Shown one piece after another: positions 39,433-48,471 of a DNA stretch of 64,000 nucleotides. The stretch is from Campylobacterota bacterium (GTDB lineage: Bacteria > Campylobacterota > Campylobacteria > Campylobacterales > Arcobacteraceae). The notes below the pieces were generated by a model. The model was not told the origin of the DNA. It saw only the letters and a list, made by a program, of their open reading frames with translations, and ran no database searches. Where the stretch lies: positions 24,193 to 88,192 of the forward strand of contig QMKX01000002.1 of NCBI GenBank assembly GCA_003643835.1, read 5' to 3'. The translations under genes and the position numbers were made by a program. Every line of letters begins with the position of its first letter. Positions within the stretch are counted from its first letter, which is position 1.

Positions 39433-40174
39433 ACTCTTGCTCGCTACTTTGTTCTATATCCTCTTCTTTGTGTGGATTTACTGCTTTGGCTATGAGGATA
39501 GATACACCATATAGCAAAATAAGTGGCCCTGACATCAAAAATTGGGTCAAGACATCTGGAGGGGTTAAAAGTGCTGACAATATAAATATCATAATGATAG
39601 CATATCTAAAAAAGTCTGTCAAGGTTTTGTCTGTAACCAACCCTACGGTTGCTAAGAAAAATGTAATCACAGGCAACTCAAATGCCACACCAAAACCAAA
39701 CAATAGTTTAGTAAAAAACCCAACATATTTTCCGATACTTGGTAACACGGTTACTACTGTGCTGCCAAAGTTTATCAAAAATTCAAACCCTATTGGCACT
39801 ACTATATAGTATGCAAAGCTAGCACCGGTTAAAAACATCAAAGTAGCAAAAAATACAAACGGTATGACAAACTTTTTTTCATTTTCGTATAGTCCCGGAG
39901 CTACAAACAACCAAAACTGCCAAAAAATTATAGGCAAAGACACTATAAATCCAGCAAAAAATGCCACTTTGAGTGCAGTGAAAAATGTCTCTTGCACTTC
40001 AATAGCAACCATATGAGAACCATCTGGCAATACTTCGTTTACTGGCACCATCATCCAGATTAGTATCGGTTCGTATATAGCAAAACAAGCAAAAAATGCG
40101 ACTACTAACACAAGTAGTGATATAGTCAGTCTTTTTCTCAAATCCGCCAAGTGTGGTTTGATATTGTCAAACAC
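39428..40174 (-). CDS. tatC: Twin-arginine translocase subunit TatC
   Basis: 6-TM protein with N-terminal HLADLRKRL and PGLY..EKK motifs. Confidence 0.9.
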   Translation of the reverse strand: MFDNIKPHLADLRKRLTISLLVLVVAFFACFAIYEPILIWMMVPVNEVLPDGSHMVAIEVQETFFTALKVAFFAGFIVSLPIIFWQFWLFVAPGLYENEKKFVIPFVFFATLMFLTGASFAYYIVVPIGFEFLINFGSTVVTVLPSIGKYVGFFTKLLFGFGVAFELPVITFFLATVGLVTDKTLTDFFRYAIIMIFILSALLTPPDVLTQFLMSGPLILLYGVSILIAKAVNPHKEEDIEQSSEQEY

Positions 40175-40515
40175 TATTTACTCTCGTCTTTATCTTTGAA
40201 ATCAATTTTTTCCTGTTTTTTTGCTTTTTTCTTAGGTTTTGGTTTGTTTATATCATCGTTTAATATATTGTCCATACCGCTATTTAAGCTCATAGTTGTG
40301 TTGTGTATGTTTGCTTTTAAGCTTGAAGCTTCTTCTTTCATCTGTGATATATGAAGCTCGTTGTCAAGCGATGATTTAGCATCTTCAATTGTGTGTTTGA
40401 TTTTTTTAAATGTTTTGGCCATTTGCACCAAAGCATTTGGTAGTTTTTCTGGCCCTAAAGCAATTATAGCGATGACAGCTATAAACAATATCTCCATAAA
40501 ACCCATACCAAACAC
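40174..40515 (-). CDS. tatB: Twin-arginine translocase subunit TatB (TatA/E family)
   Basis: MFGMGFMEILFIAVIAIIALGPEKLP followed by an amphipathic helix and a long charged tail. Confidence 0.8.
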   Translation of the reverse strand: MFGMGFMEILFIAVIAIIALGPEKLPNALVQMAKTFKKIKHTIEDAKSSLDNELHISQMKEEASSLKANIHNTTMSLNSGMDNILNDDINKPKPKKKAKKQEKIDFKDKDESK

Positions 40516-40539
40516 GATAAAACCCCGCTTTTTTCTACG

Positions 40540-41091
40540 CTAAAAACCGATTATGGCTTCTACTTTACCATCGTTTACTTGCACACTTTTGACGAAACCA
40601 GTTTTATAATCGTTTTTATCCAGAGTATATATTTTCTCTTGTTTGAGTGCTTTTACCAAAAGTCCCGTGATCATCTCTCTTTTTTCTTTTGAGATATATT
40701 TTGACAATTTTGTATTGCCAAGTGTCATCTCTTGGACTTCTGGGTTGTCTAAATATAAAGATTTAGATGATTCTTCGTATCTGATACCACTTGCTAACGA
40801 TACTCCACCTTTGATAACCTGTGGCAACAAAGAAGTTTTGAAAGAAAAATTCGAACCTATAGCCAATTTGTCAGAGCCGCTTTTTCCTGCTACTACTGGG
40901 TCAAGCAATGTAACTACTCCACCGAACATACCTTCACCTACTTTTTTGTCCATAGGAAAATTTTTCTTCACATTTTCATTGATTGTTTTCATAGGTATTG
41001 GCACTATGAGACCTCGTCCTTGTTTGTCCATTTTGGCACAGCCTATAAACAGTGCGACTACTGCGATGATTAAACTTAATCTTTTTAGCAT
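40540..41091 (-). CDS. Lipoprotein, possibly DUF1439-like
   Basis: Lipobox LFIGCAK; 183 aa. The family assignment is from memory of overall pattern only. Confidence 0.4.
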   Translation of the reverse strand: MLKRLSLIIAVVALFIGCAKMDKQGRGLIVPIPMKTINENVKKNFPMDKKVGEGMFGGVVTLLDPVVAGKSGSDKLAIGSNFSFKTSLLPQVIKGGVSLASGIRYEESSKSLYLDNPEVQEMTLGNTKLSKYISKEKREMITGLLVKALKQEKIYTLDKNDYKTGFVKSVQVNDGKVEAIIGF

Positions 41092-41822
41092 ATTTGCTCC
41101 TTTATTTTTTTTGTTTTGCTACAAATTATATCCAACTTTTCTTTAAAGTTCAAACTTTCATCAAGAATATCTCTCATAAAAGCACTTCCTACGATAACTC
41201 CATCTACATTTTGTGACTTTTCTTTGGCATTGTTTTCATCTACACCGAAGCCTAAATACACAGGTGTATCAGTAGTTTGTCGTATATTTGCTATAGTTTG
41301 TGATAGGTCTGTTTGTTTGTTTTGTCCGGTGATGCCGGCATATGCTACAAGATAGATAAAGTTTGAACTATATTGTAAAATATGTTTGATCCTTCTCTTG
41401 TCGTCAGTAGGAGCTACAAAATCTATAAACTTATGGCCGTATCGCTTTTGTATATCTTGATACACTATCGCTTCTTCAAATGGCATATCTGGTATAAGCG
41501 TGCCTTTGATATTAACACTATTTGCTTTTTTTATGTAGTTTTCTATACCGTATCTATAAAACATATTTGCATATCCCATTGTGTATGTATCTATTTTGTT
41601 TGATACTTGTTTGCATATTTTGAAAATATCATCAAATTTAAAGCCTGCTTTTATGGCTTCTTGGCTCGCTTTCTCTATGATCTTGCCATCTGCTACTGGG
41701 TCGCTAAACGGCGCTCCTATCTCTACGATATCAAGACCAGCTTCTGCCATACTTGACACCAAATCAATAGTGAAATTTAGGTTTGGCAAACTTGCTGTCA
41801 CAAAACCTACGAGCTTTTTCAC
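41085..41822 (-). CDS. trpA: Tryptophan synthase alpha chain
   Basis: DIVEIGAPFSDPVADG and GFGV...VDGVIVGSA motifs. Confidence 0.85.
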   Translation of the reverse strand: MKKLVGFVTASLPNLNFTIDLVSSMAEAGLDIVEIGAPFSDPVADGKIIEKASQEAIKAGFKFDDIFKICKQVSNKIDTYTMGYANMFYRYGIENYIKKANSVNIKGTLIPDMPFEEAIVYQDIQKRYGHKFIDFVAPTDDKRRIKHILQYSSNFIYLVAYAGITGQNKQTDLSQTIANIRQTTDTPVYLGFGVDENNAKEKSQNVDGVIVGSAFMRDILDESLNFKEKLDIICSKTKKIKEQIC

Positions 41823-43750
41823 TATTTGTCTATAACTCTACTTAACATACTATTGATACGATTTATATACGATACTGTATCTTTGATATCAAGTCCTTCG
41901 CTTAGTTTTGCTTGGTCAAGAAGTAAGTGCGATATATCTTCTATAAGTTTTTTATCTTTGCTTTCATTCAATGACTTTAGTATCTTATGGTTTGGGTTTA
42001 TTTGCAAAATTGGTGGTGAAACAGGCACCTCTTGTCCCATAGCTTTCATCATACCAGCCATTTGTGCCATAGGGTCATTTGGGTCTTTGACTACGCATGA
42101 TGGTGAGCTGTCAAGTCTATCTGTGATTTGCACCTCTTTTACCTCATCGCCAAGTATATCTTTGATTTTTTTAGTCAAAGGTTCAAACTCTTTTTTTGTT
42201 TTTTCTTGTTTTTTCTCATCTTTTTTAGTCTCTGGAGCATCTACTGCTGATATATCTTTAAGCTCCCACTCTTTGTAACTTCCAAGCGATGGTGTCACAA
42301 CTTCGTCTATCTCTTTGTCATCAAGTATCAGTACTTCTATTTTGTTTTTGGTATAACTCTCAAGCAGCGGTGAATTTCTTAGCATATTTTCGCTGTCGCC
42401 TATTAGATAATATATAGCTTTTTGGTCTGTGTTTGCCCTACTTTTATAATCCTCAAGCGATGTCAGGATTTTGTCATCGTTGGTTGATTTGTATCTTATA
42501 AGTTCTACTATCATATCTTTGTTTGTGTAGTCTTGGTATGCTCCTTCTTTGAGTGGGCGGTTGTATTGGCTTATAAACTCTTTGTAAATATCATCTTTTT
42601 TTGATAGTTTTTTTATCTCGTTTAGAACCTTTTTGATCGATGATTGTTTGATATTTACCATGATTTTATTTTCTTGGAGTAACTCACGGCTGACATTTAA
42701 AGGCAAATCATCGCTATCTATCACGCCTTTGACAAATCGCAAATATGTAGGTAGTAGCTCTTTTTCATCATCTGTGATAAACACTCGCTTGACATATAGT
42801 TTCACACCTGGTTTATAATCTACTCTATACATATCCATAGGTGCTTTTTTTGGTATATAAAAAAGTGTCGTGTAGTTATTGACCCCTTCTGCTTTGGTAT
42901 GCACATATGCCATAGGTTCGTCGCTATCGTGCGATAATGTTTTGTAAAAGTCTTGATACTCTTGCTTTTTTAGTTTGGCTTTTGGTTGTGTCCATAAAGC
43001 TTTGGCTTCGTTTATCTGTTCTCGTTTTTGTTTCAGTTTTGTAGTTGGTTTGATCTTGTCTTTTTCGTCTTTGGTTTCGTTTGCTTTTTTCTCTTTTTCG
43101 CTTAACTCTTGTGTAACCTCTTCTTGATAGTTCAAATATATTGGATATGCTATGTGGTTTGAGTATTTTTTGACTACCTCTTGGACCTTATATTTTGAGG
43201 TGTAGTCACTTTTTTCTTCATCTTTTAGCTTGATATACACGACAGTGCCTTCACTATCTTTGGTGCAGCTTGTTATATCAAACTCGCCACTTCCATCGCT
43301 TGACCACTTGTATGCTTTTTTTTGTCCTGCCTTTTTTGATATGACATCTACTTTCGATGCTACCATAAACACGCTATAAAACCCGACACCAAACTGACCT
43401 ATGAGGTTGCTGTCTTTTTTAGCATCGCCGCTCATAGCTTCGACAAATGACTTGGTGCCTGATTTGGCTATAGTTCCAATTGAACTTATAAGTTCTGCCT
43501 CATCCATGCCTATGCCATTGTCTGCTATAGTTATAGAGCTATCTTTTTCGTCTATCTTTATATTTATAGTTCCGGTCCACTTGTCGTCTTTGAGTTTCTC
43601 CTGTGTAAGTCGCAAATAGTTTAGCTTGTCTATAGCATCGCTTGCGTTTGATACAAGCTCTCGTATAAATATCTCTTTGTGCGAATAAAGCGAGTGTGTC
43701 ATGAGATGAAGTAGCTGCCCTACTTCTGTCTGAAATTGATGTTTTGCCAT
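41822..43750 (-). CDS. htpG: Chaperone HtpG (Hsp90)
   Basis: FQTEVGQLLHLMTHSLYSHKEIFIRELVSNASDA and GQFGVGFYS. ATG at 43750 has an AAGGA RBS; the ORF track starts earlier at 43801. Confidence 0.95.
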   Translation of the reverse strand: MAKHQFQTEVGQLLHLMTHSLYSHKEIFIRELVSNASDAIDKLNYLRLTQEKLKDDKWTGTINIKIDEKDSSITIADNGIGMDEAELISSIGTIAKSGTKSFVEAMSGDAKKDSNLIGQFGVGFYSVFMVASKVDVISKKAGQKKAYKWSSDGSGEFDITSCTKDSEGTVVYIKLKDEEKSDYTSKYKVQEVVKKYSNHIAYPIYLNYQEEVTQELSEKEKKANETKDEKDKIKPTTKLKQKREQINEAKALWTQPKAKLKKQEYQDFYKTLSHDSDEPMAYVHTKAEGVNNYTTLFYIPKKAPMDMYRVDYKPGVKLYVKRVFITDDEKELLPTYLRFVKGVIDSDDLPLNVSRELLQENKIMVNIKQSSIKKVLNEIKKLSKKDDIYKEFISQYNRPLKEGAYQDYTNKDMIVELIRYKSTNDDKILTSLEDYKSRANTDQKAIYYLIGDSENMLRNSPLLESYTKNKIEVLILDDKEIDEVVTPSLGSYKEWELKDISAVDAPETKKDEKKQEKTKKEFEPLTKKIKDILGDEVKEVQITDRLDSSPSCVVKDPNDPMAQMAGMMKAMGQEVPVSPPILQINPNHKILKSLNESKDKKLIEDISHLLLDQAKLSEGLDIKDTVSYINRINSMLSRVIDK

Positions 43751-43974
43751 TGTTGTTGTCCTTTTTGTTTTTAAAATTTGAATATGATTATATCTAAACA
43801 ATATAAATTTAACAAATTTTTATTTTTTTAAGTTCAAGTGATATTTTAGATCACCATTTAATATATTTATGTTATAATAGACAACTTTTATCTATTTTCA
43901 TAGTTTAGATAAGAGACATGTTGGTTGTGGCAAGATAGCCATAAAATTTATACTGATACGAAAAAGGAGAAATT

Positions 43975-45564
43975 ATGAAAAATAATGAGTCGTGGGGTAA
44001 ATCAAAATTTACTTCTATAGTAGGGTGTGCTGTGTTGATGGTAGGTTTAGTTCAAGCAGCTCAAGCTGGCAAGCTAGAAAAAGCAGGATTTGACAAAGCA
44101 AGTGTAGATTCGCTTTTTGTTGAAAACTGTGCCACTTGTCACGGAGCTGATAGAGGTAAGTTTATAGGACCTGCTCTAAATAGTGCAAAATACAAAGATA
44201 CTCCAGTATCTGCGATAGAAGCTATGATAAGCGAAAGTTCAAACTTGAAAAGCTTGATGCCAGCTTGGAAACATAGACTTAGCAAAAAGCAGATCAAATC
44301 TCTGGCTATGTTAGTCAAATATTATCCAAAAGAAAATCTGTCTTGGAGTAAAAGGGATATGATAAACTCTTTGGAGATCAATATAGCAGATGAAACAAAG
44401 TTGCCAAAAAGCCCTATCTTTGATATCAGAAAGATGGAAGACTTGATGGCAGTTACTAGCCGTGGAACTTACTCAAATGGAAAAAACTCTAAAGTGGTAT
44501 TTTATAATCATAAAAACCAAAGAGCAGGAGAGATTTATACGAGAAAAGCTCCACACATAGTAAACTTCGATCCAAGCCATGAAAGATGGGCTTATATCAA
44601 AACAGACGGCGGAAGATTGTTTAAAGTTGACTTGTATTCTATGCAAACAGTTAGAAGTATAAAAGTAGGATATACAGGACCGTCTCTGGCAGTATCATTT
44701 GATGGTAAATATGTCATCACTGGTTCGTTTATACCAAATACAGTAGCTGTACTAGATGCAAAAACATTGTTGCCAGTGAAGATCATGAAGCTAGAGGGTG
44801 AAGATCTAGAAGGCAAGATGATAGAGTCTGACTCTGGAAGCATCACCGCAACTCCATACAAAAATTATGTGGCTATCGCATTGGAGATGTCAGGTCAAGT
44901 TTGGATTATGGATACTAGCAAAGCATCACTACCTGTCACAAAGATCAAAAATGTAGGACGACACTTGCACGATGCTATGTTGACACCAGACGGCAAAAAG
45001 CTTATCATAGCTGCCTATGACGACAACAAACTAGCAGTGATAGACTTCGACAAGAAAAAGGTCATCAAAGACATACCAGCAGGATGTGTGCCTCACACAG
45101 GATCTGGTGCTATCACAAAAATAGGTTCACGACTTGTAGGATTTGGCACCAACTTTGGTAGCGCAAAAAGTTGCAAAAAGACTGTAGTGACTGCATTTGA
45201 TGCAAAAACTTTTGAAGTCATCAAGCAAATAGATGTAGCAGGCGGATCAGAATCACCAGCAGCAAACCCAAATGCCCCATACATAGCTATAGATATTATA
45301 AGCGACAGAGGTGGAGTAGGGAAAATCCAATTTATAGACAAAAAAACTCTAGAAGTAGCCAAGACTGTAGATGTGGGAGGTCACTCTCATTTTCCTGAAT
45401 ACACAGCAGATGGTAGATATCTATATGTAAGTGCCGGATATTTTGGCAACAAACTTGTGATACTAGACTCAAAAACACTAAAAGTAGTGAAAGAGTTTAA
45501 ACTAGAAGTTCCTGCTGGGATATTTTCTCATGCAAGACCAAAAAATGTAGTCGTAGGAAACTAA
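43975..45564 (+). CDS. Cytochrome cd1-family protein (NirS/NirN/NirF-like: heme c domain plus beta-propeller)
   Basis: Signal peptide and CATCHG heme c site, followed by ~400 aa of repetitive beta-propeller-like sequence resembling d1-heme domains. Confidence 0.65.
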   Translation: MKNNESWGKSKFTSIVGCAVLMVGLVQAAQAGKLEKAGFDKASVDSLFVENCATCHGADRGKFIGPALNSAKYKDTPVSAIEAMISESSNLKSLMPAWKHRLSKKQIKSLAMLVKYYPKENLSWSKRDMINSLEINIADETKLPKSPIFDIRKMEDLMAVTSRGTYSNGKNSKVVFYNHKNQRAGEIYTRKAPHIVNFDPSHERWAYIKTDGGRLFKVDLYSMQTVRSIKVGYTGPSLAVSFDGKYVITGSFIPNTVAVLDAKTLLPVKIMKLEGEDLEGKMIESDSGSITATPYKNYVAIALEMSGQVWIMDTSKASLPVTKIKNVGRHLHDAMLTPDGKKLIIAAYDDNKLAVIDFDKKKVIKDIPAGCVPHTGSGAITKIGSRLVGFGTNFGSAKSCKKTVVTAFDAKTFEVIKQIDVAGGSESPAANPNAPYIAIDIISDRGGVGKIQFIDKKTLEVAKTVDVGGHSHFPEYTADGRYLYVSAGYFGNKLVILDSKTLKVVKEFKLEVPAGIFSHARPKNVVVGN

Positions 45565-45582
45565 TCTTTAGTTCCTTTCTAT

Positions 45583-45604
45583 ACAGACCAGACTTTTGGT
45601 CTGT
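45583..45604 (+). terminator. Hairpin after the cd1-family gene
   Basis: ACAGACCA-gacttt-TGGTCTGT, an 8-bp perfect stem 19 nt after the stop. No clean U-tract follows. Confidence 0.4.
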
Positions 45605-45699
45605 GTCTTGTCTGACTTGCCTTTGATATCTATCAAAAACAAGTTAAGACGAGACAAATCGACCACACGGTCACAATCTACACAATATTAAGAAAGTTT

Positions 45700-45708
45700 T
45701 GTTATAAT
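45700..45708 (+). promoter_or_regulatory. Extended -10 promoter element TGtTATAAT upstream of the mod remnant and RT
   Basis: TGTTATAAT lies 42 nt upstream of the ATG at 45750 and is preceded by a T-rich stretch. Confidence 0.4.
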
Positions 45709-45749
45709 CACACCAAAGGCGATATATAGATAAACTCACAGGCAAAAGT

Positions 45750-46332
45750 ATGGACTTAGTAGACGACAACGGACAAAAACTAAAGCAGATTTTCCCAGAA
45801 GTGTTTAGTGAGGGCAAGATAGATTTTAAAAAACTTCGCCAAGAGTTAGGCGAACATATAGACAAAAACCCAAGAGGCGAGCGATACAACACCACATGGA
45901 ACGGCAAAAATATGGATAGAATACAAGCCCATGCACCATCTACAGGGACTTTGCGACCGTGCCAAGAGCAGAGCAAAGAGTGGGACACTACACAAAATCT
46001 ATACATAGAGAGCGACAACAACTTAGAGGTGCTCAAACTACTACAAAAAGGTCAAGATGATAAACGACAAGATAGTAAGATGCATACGATACCAGACAAA
46101 CATATTGCCTATGGATGAGGACGAAGAGGCAAACTTCGCTTTGTTGGCTGTGTGTCTTGATAGTGGCATAGGTTTAGATGTGGTGCATGGTATAGCGAAG
46201 CTCAAAAAAGAGTTTGGAGCCAAAACTATGAGAGTGGTATTTAGAGATAGTTGCTTTGATGATACTGTCGTCAAGACAAATACATATTGTATCTTGAAAG
46301 ACAACGGAGCTGATTGGATAGAGTGTATATGA
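45750..46332 (+). pseudogene. mod: Type III R-M methyltransferase (Mod) remnant: N-terminal ~100 codons, frameshift, large internal deletion, C-terminal ~85 codons
   Basis: N part IFPEVFSEGKIDFKKLRQELG...STGTLRPC...NLYIESDNNLEVLKLLQK. KVKMI follows in the +1 frame, then jumps directly to a Mod C-terminus MRVVFRDSCFDD..KTN..ILKDNGADWIECI*. No DPPY/NPPY catalytic motif or TRD remains. Confidence 0.7.
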
Positions 46333-48005
46333 TGATGGATTTTGAGCAATTAAATCAAAATCTTGTTGAGGAATTAGAATGTATGAATAGAAAAAAAAAC
46401 TATTATTGCTGTCTCAAGGAAATAACACGCCAAGAATTATTTGATGGATTATTAGGTTATGGTTTATTTGCAGATAAAATTCCTCCTTTTCTTACGTCTG
46501 AAAACTTTTTATATTTTTGTAAAGACACTTCTAATACAACTGGTTTTTCAAAAAAAAAGAAAAATTATATTCATTATGAAAGTATGAGAAATATAAATGT
46601 TCCAAGAGTTTTTGCTATTCCAGAACCAGTAGCATATTATTATCAATGTAAAATTTTATCGGATTATTGGGACGATTTACTTAAATATTTTCACGAAAAA
46701 ACTAAACTTCATACTCATAAAGTTAGTAGAATACATATTAGAAAAATTGATGGTGCGTTAGAGATAATGAGTAGTTGTTATGATAATTTATATGATATAG
46801 ATTTAGATGATATAGATTTAGATGATTATCAGTCATCAGTTCAAGACCATCTTTTCGAAATGAACCACACAAACTTTTGTAAAGACGATTATCCTGAACC
46901 TAAATTACTAATTGGAAAAAATTATCTTGTAAAAGCAGATATTTCCAATTATTTTCCTAGTATATACACGCATTCTATACCTTGGGCATTAGTTGGTAAA
47001 AAGGTTGCTAAATTAAAATCAACTCCTTTGTATAGCGGAGAGTGGTTTAATAAAATAGATGAATATACAAGAAAAGTAAAAGAAGATGAAACTCATGGAA
47101 TTCTAATAGGAAGTCATTCATCAAATCTAATTTCAGAAATTATTTTAGTAGCTGTTGATGATGAATTATGGAAAAAGGAATATAAGTATATTAGAAAAGT
47201 AGATGACTATATTTGTTATGTAAACAATCAAGAAGATGCTGAACAGTTTTTAGTTGATTTATCATCCGAATTAAAGAAGTATGGACTAACCCTTAATCAC
47301 AAAAAAACGAAAATTGAAAAATTACCAAAAGCTTCAAGGGAATCTTGGGTAAGAAAACTTAATTCTTTTGTTTTCCCACATAGTGAAGATGATAAGCTAA
47401 AATTAAAAGAAGTTAGAGCATACTTAGATATTGCCCTTGAGTTAATGTTCAACAATAAAGAAAACAGTGCAATTTTAAATTATGCTATTCAAGTTTTATC
47501 AAAGAAACCAATGTCAAAAGGTGCAAAAGAATATTTTACAGATACTGCTCATCATTTAGTAATTCTATATCCCTATCTTATCCCTATACTAGATAAAAAG
47601 ATTTTTGAAATATTTAAAATAGATACAAATCGAATTAAAAGAATTTCACTTGATATTTTTGAGCTTGGAAATAAAAGAAAACTATTTGAAGCTATGAGCT
47701 ATGCTTTATTTTTTAGCTTAAAATACAACTTTTTACTAAAAGAAGAGTTATTTGAGAAAGTTGAATATTCAAATGATACAATTCTACTATTATTAGCATA
47801 CTTGCATGATGAAAAATTTATTAACCATTCCAAAGTAAGAAAAAAATATAAAATCCTTGCAAAATCATTACTATCAGATATAGATGAATACTGGGTTTTT
47901 GTATATGAGGTTTTGAAAAAGAGTGATTTAAAAGACCATTGGAGCATAATGAAAGATAAAAAAGTAAGTTTTTTAAAAGATGACTTTAAAGTTGGTAAAA
48001 AATGA
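46329..48005 (+). CDS. Stand-alone reverse transcriptase, Abi/UG (defence-associated) type
   Basis: RT motifs ADISNYFPSIYTHSIPWAL, HGILIGSHSSNLISEIIL, YIRKVDDYICY and GLTLNHKKTKI. ~200 aa N-terminal and ~230 aa helical C-terminal extensions. ATGA overlaps at both ends. The ORF track starts at TTG 46314. Confidence 0.8.
   Translation: MMMDFEQLNQNLVEELECMNRKKNYYCCLKEITRQELFDGLLGYGLFADKIPPFLTSENFLYFCKDTSNTTGFSKKKKNYIHYESMRNINVPRVFAIPEPVAYYYQCKILSDYWDDLLKYFHEKTKLHTHKVSRIHIRKIDGALEIMSSCYDNLYDIDLDDIDLDDYQSSVQDHLFEMNHTNFCKDDYPEPKLLIGKNYLVKADISNYFPSIYTHSIPWALVGKKVAKLKSTPLYSGEWFNKIDEYTRKVKEDETHGILIGSHSSNLISEIILVAVDDELWKKEYKYIRKVDDYICYVNNQEDAEQFLVDLSSELKKYGLTLNHKKTKIEKLPKASRESWVRKLNSFVFPHSEDDKLKLKEVRAYLDIALELMFNNKENSAILNYAIQVLSKKPMSKGAKEYFTDTAHHLVILYPYLIPILDKKIFEIFKIDTNRIKRISLDIFELGNKRKLFEAMSYALFFSLKYNFLLKEELFEKVEYSNDTILLLLAYLHDEKFINHSKVRKKYKILAKSLLSDIDEYWVFVYEVLKKSDLKDHWSIMKDKKVSFLKDDFKVGKK
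46794..46823 (+). repeat. Perfect 15-nt tandem duplication inside the RT gene (GATATAGATTTAGAT x2)
   Basis: Read directly from the sequence; encodes DIDLD-DIDLD. Confidence 0.9.
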
Positions 48006-48274
48006 AAATACAATTTGAAAGTAATTTAAACTACCAAAATAGTGCTATAAGCTCATTATTAAATATAGTTGAGGGCTTTACAACTATGAAAACCGACTTA
48101 GAAACTGAAAAGCGATCTATGGCTAGGATTTGGAAGCAGAGAGATAAGCAAATAGATAAGGTTCTCGAAAATACTACAGGCATGTATGGGTCTATAAAAG
48201 GTATAGCCGGCAATGCCATAGGAAATGTAAAGGCTCTTGAGTTGCCTTATAGTGATGTCGAGGATGATAAATAA
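48002..48274 (+). pseudogene. Chimeric remnant: type III Res N-terminal stub (~25 codons) fused to a DUF2130-like C-terminal fragment
   Basis: MKIQFESNLNYQNSAISSLLNIVEG resembles type III Res N-termini. EKRSMARIWKQRDKQIDKVLENTTGMYGSIKGIAG resembles the DUF2130 C-terminus. Confidence 0.5.
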
Positions 48275-48276
48275 TA

Positions 48277-48471
48277 ATGAAAATTCAAAATAACAATATC
48301 TTATTAGACAAAGCAATATCCATAATATATAGTGGTATAAAAAAAACAATAAAAGCTATAGTTAGAGATTATAGAAAAAGCCAGTCATTGACCGACCAAT
48401 TCAAATTTGAGCAGTATTTTACACTTAATGAGACGAACACTTTTTATCGTAAATATGAAAGGGCAACCTAA
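48277..48471 (+). CDS. Small hypothetical ORF translationally coupled to the KilA-N gene
   Basis: 64 codons; its stop overlaps the KilA-N start (TAATG). No recognisable motif. Confidence 0.3.
   Translation: MKIQNNNILLDKAISIIYSGIKKTIKAIVRDYRKSQSLTDQFKFEQYFTLNETNTFYRKYERAT

Noticed and set aside
43838-43854. GTGAT-N7-ATCAC inverted repeat upstream of htpG, considered as an HspR/HAIR or CIRCE heat-shock operator
   Set aside because: Only 5 bp per arm, with a poor match to CTTGAGT-N7-ACTCAAG or TTAGCACTC-N9-GAGTGCTAA. Expected by chance in AT-rich DNA.
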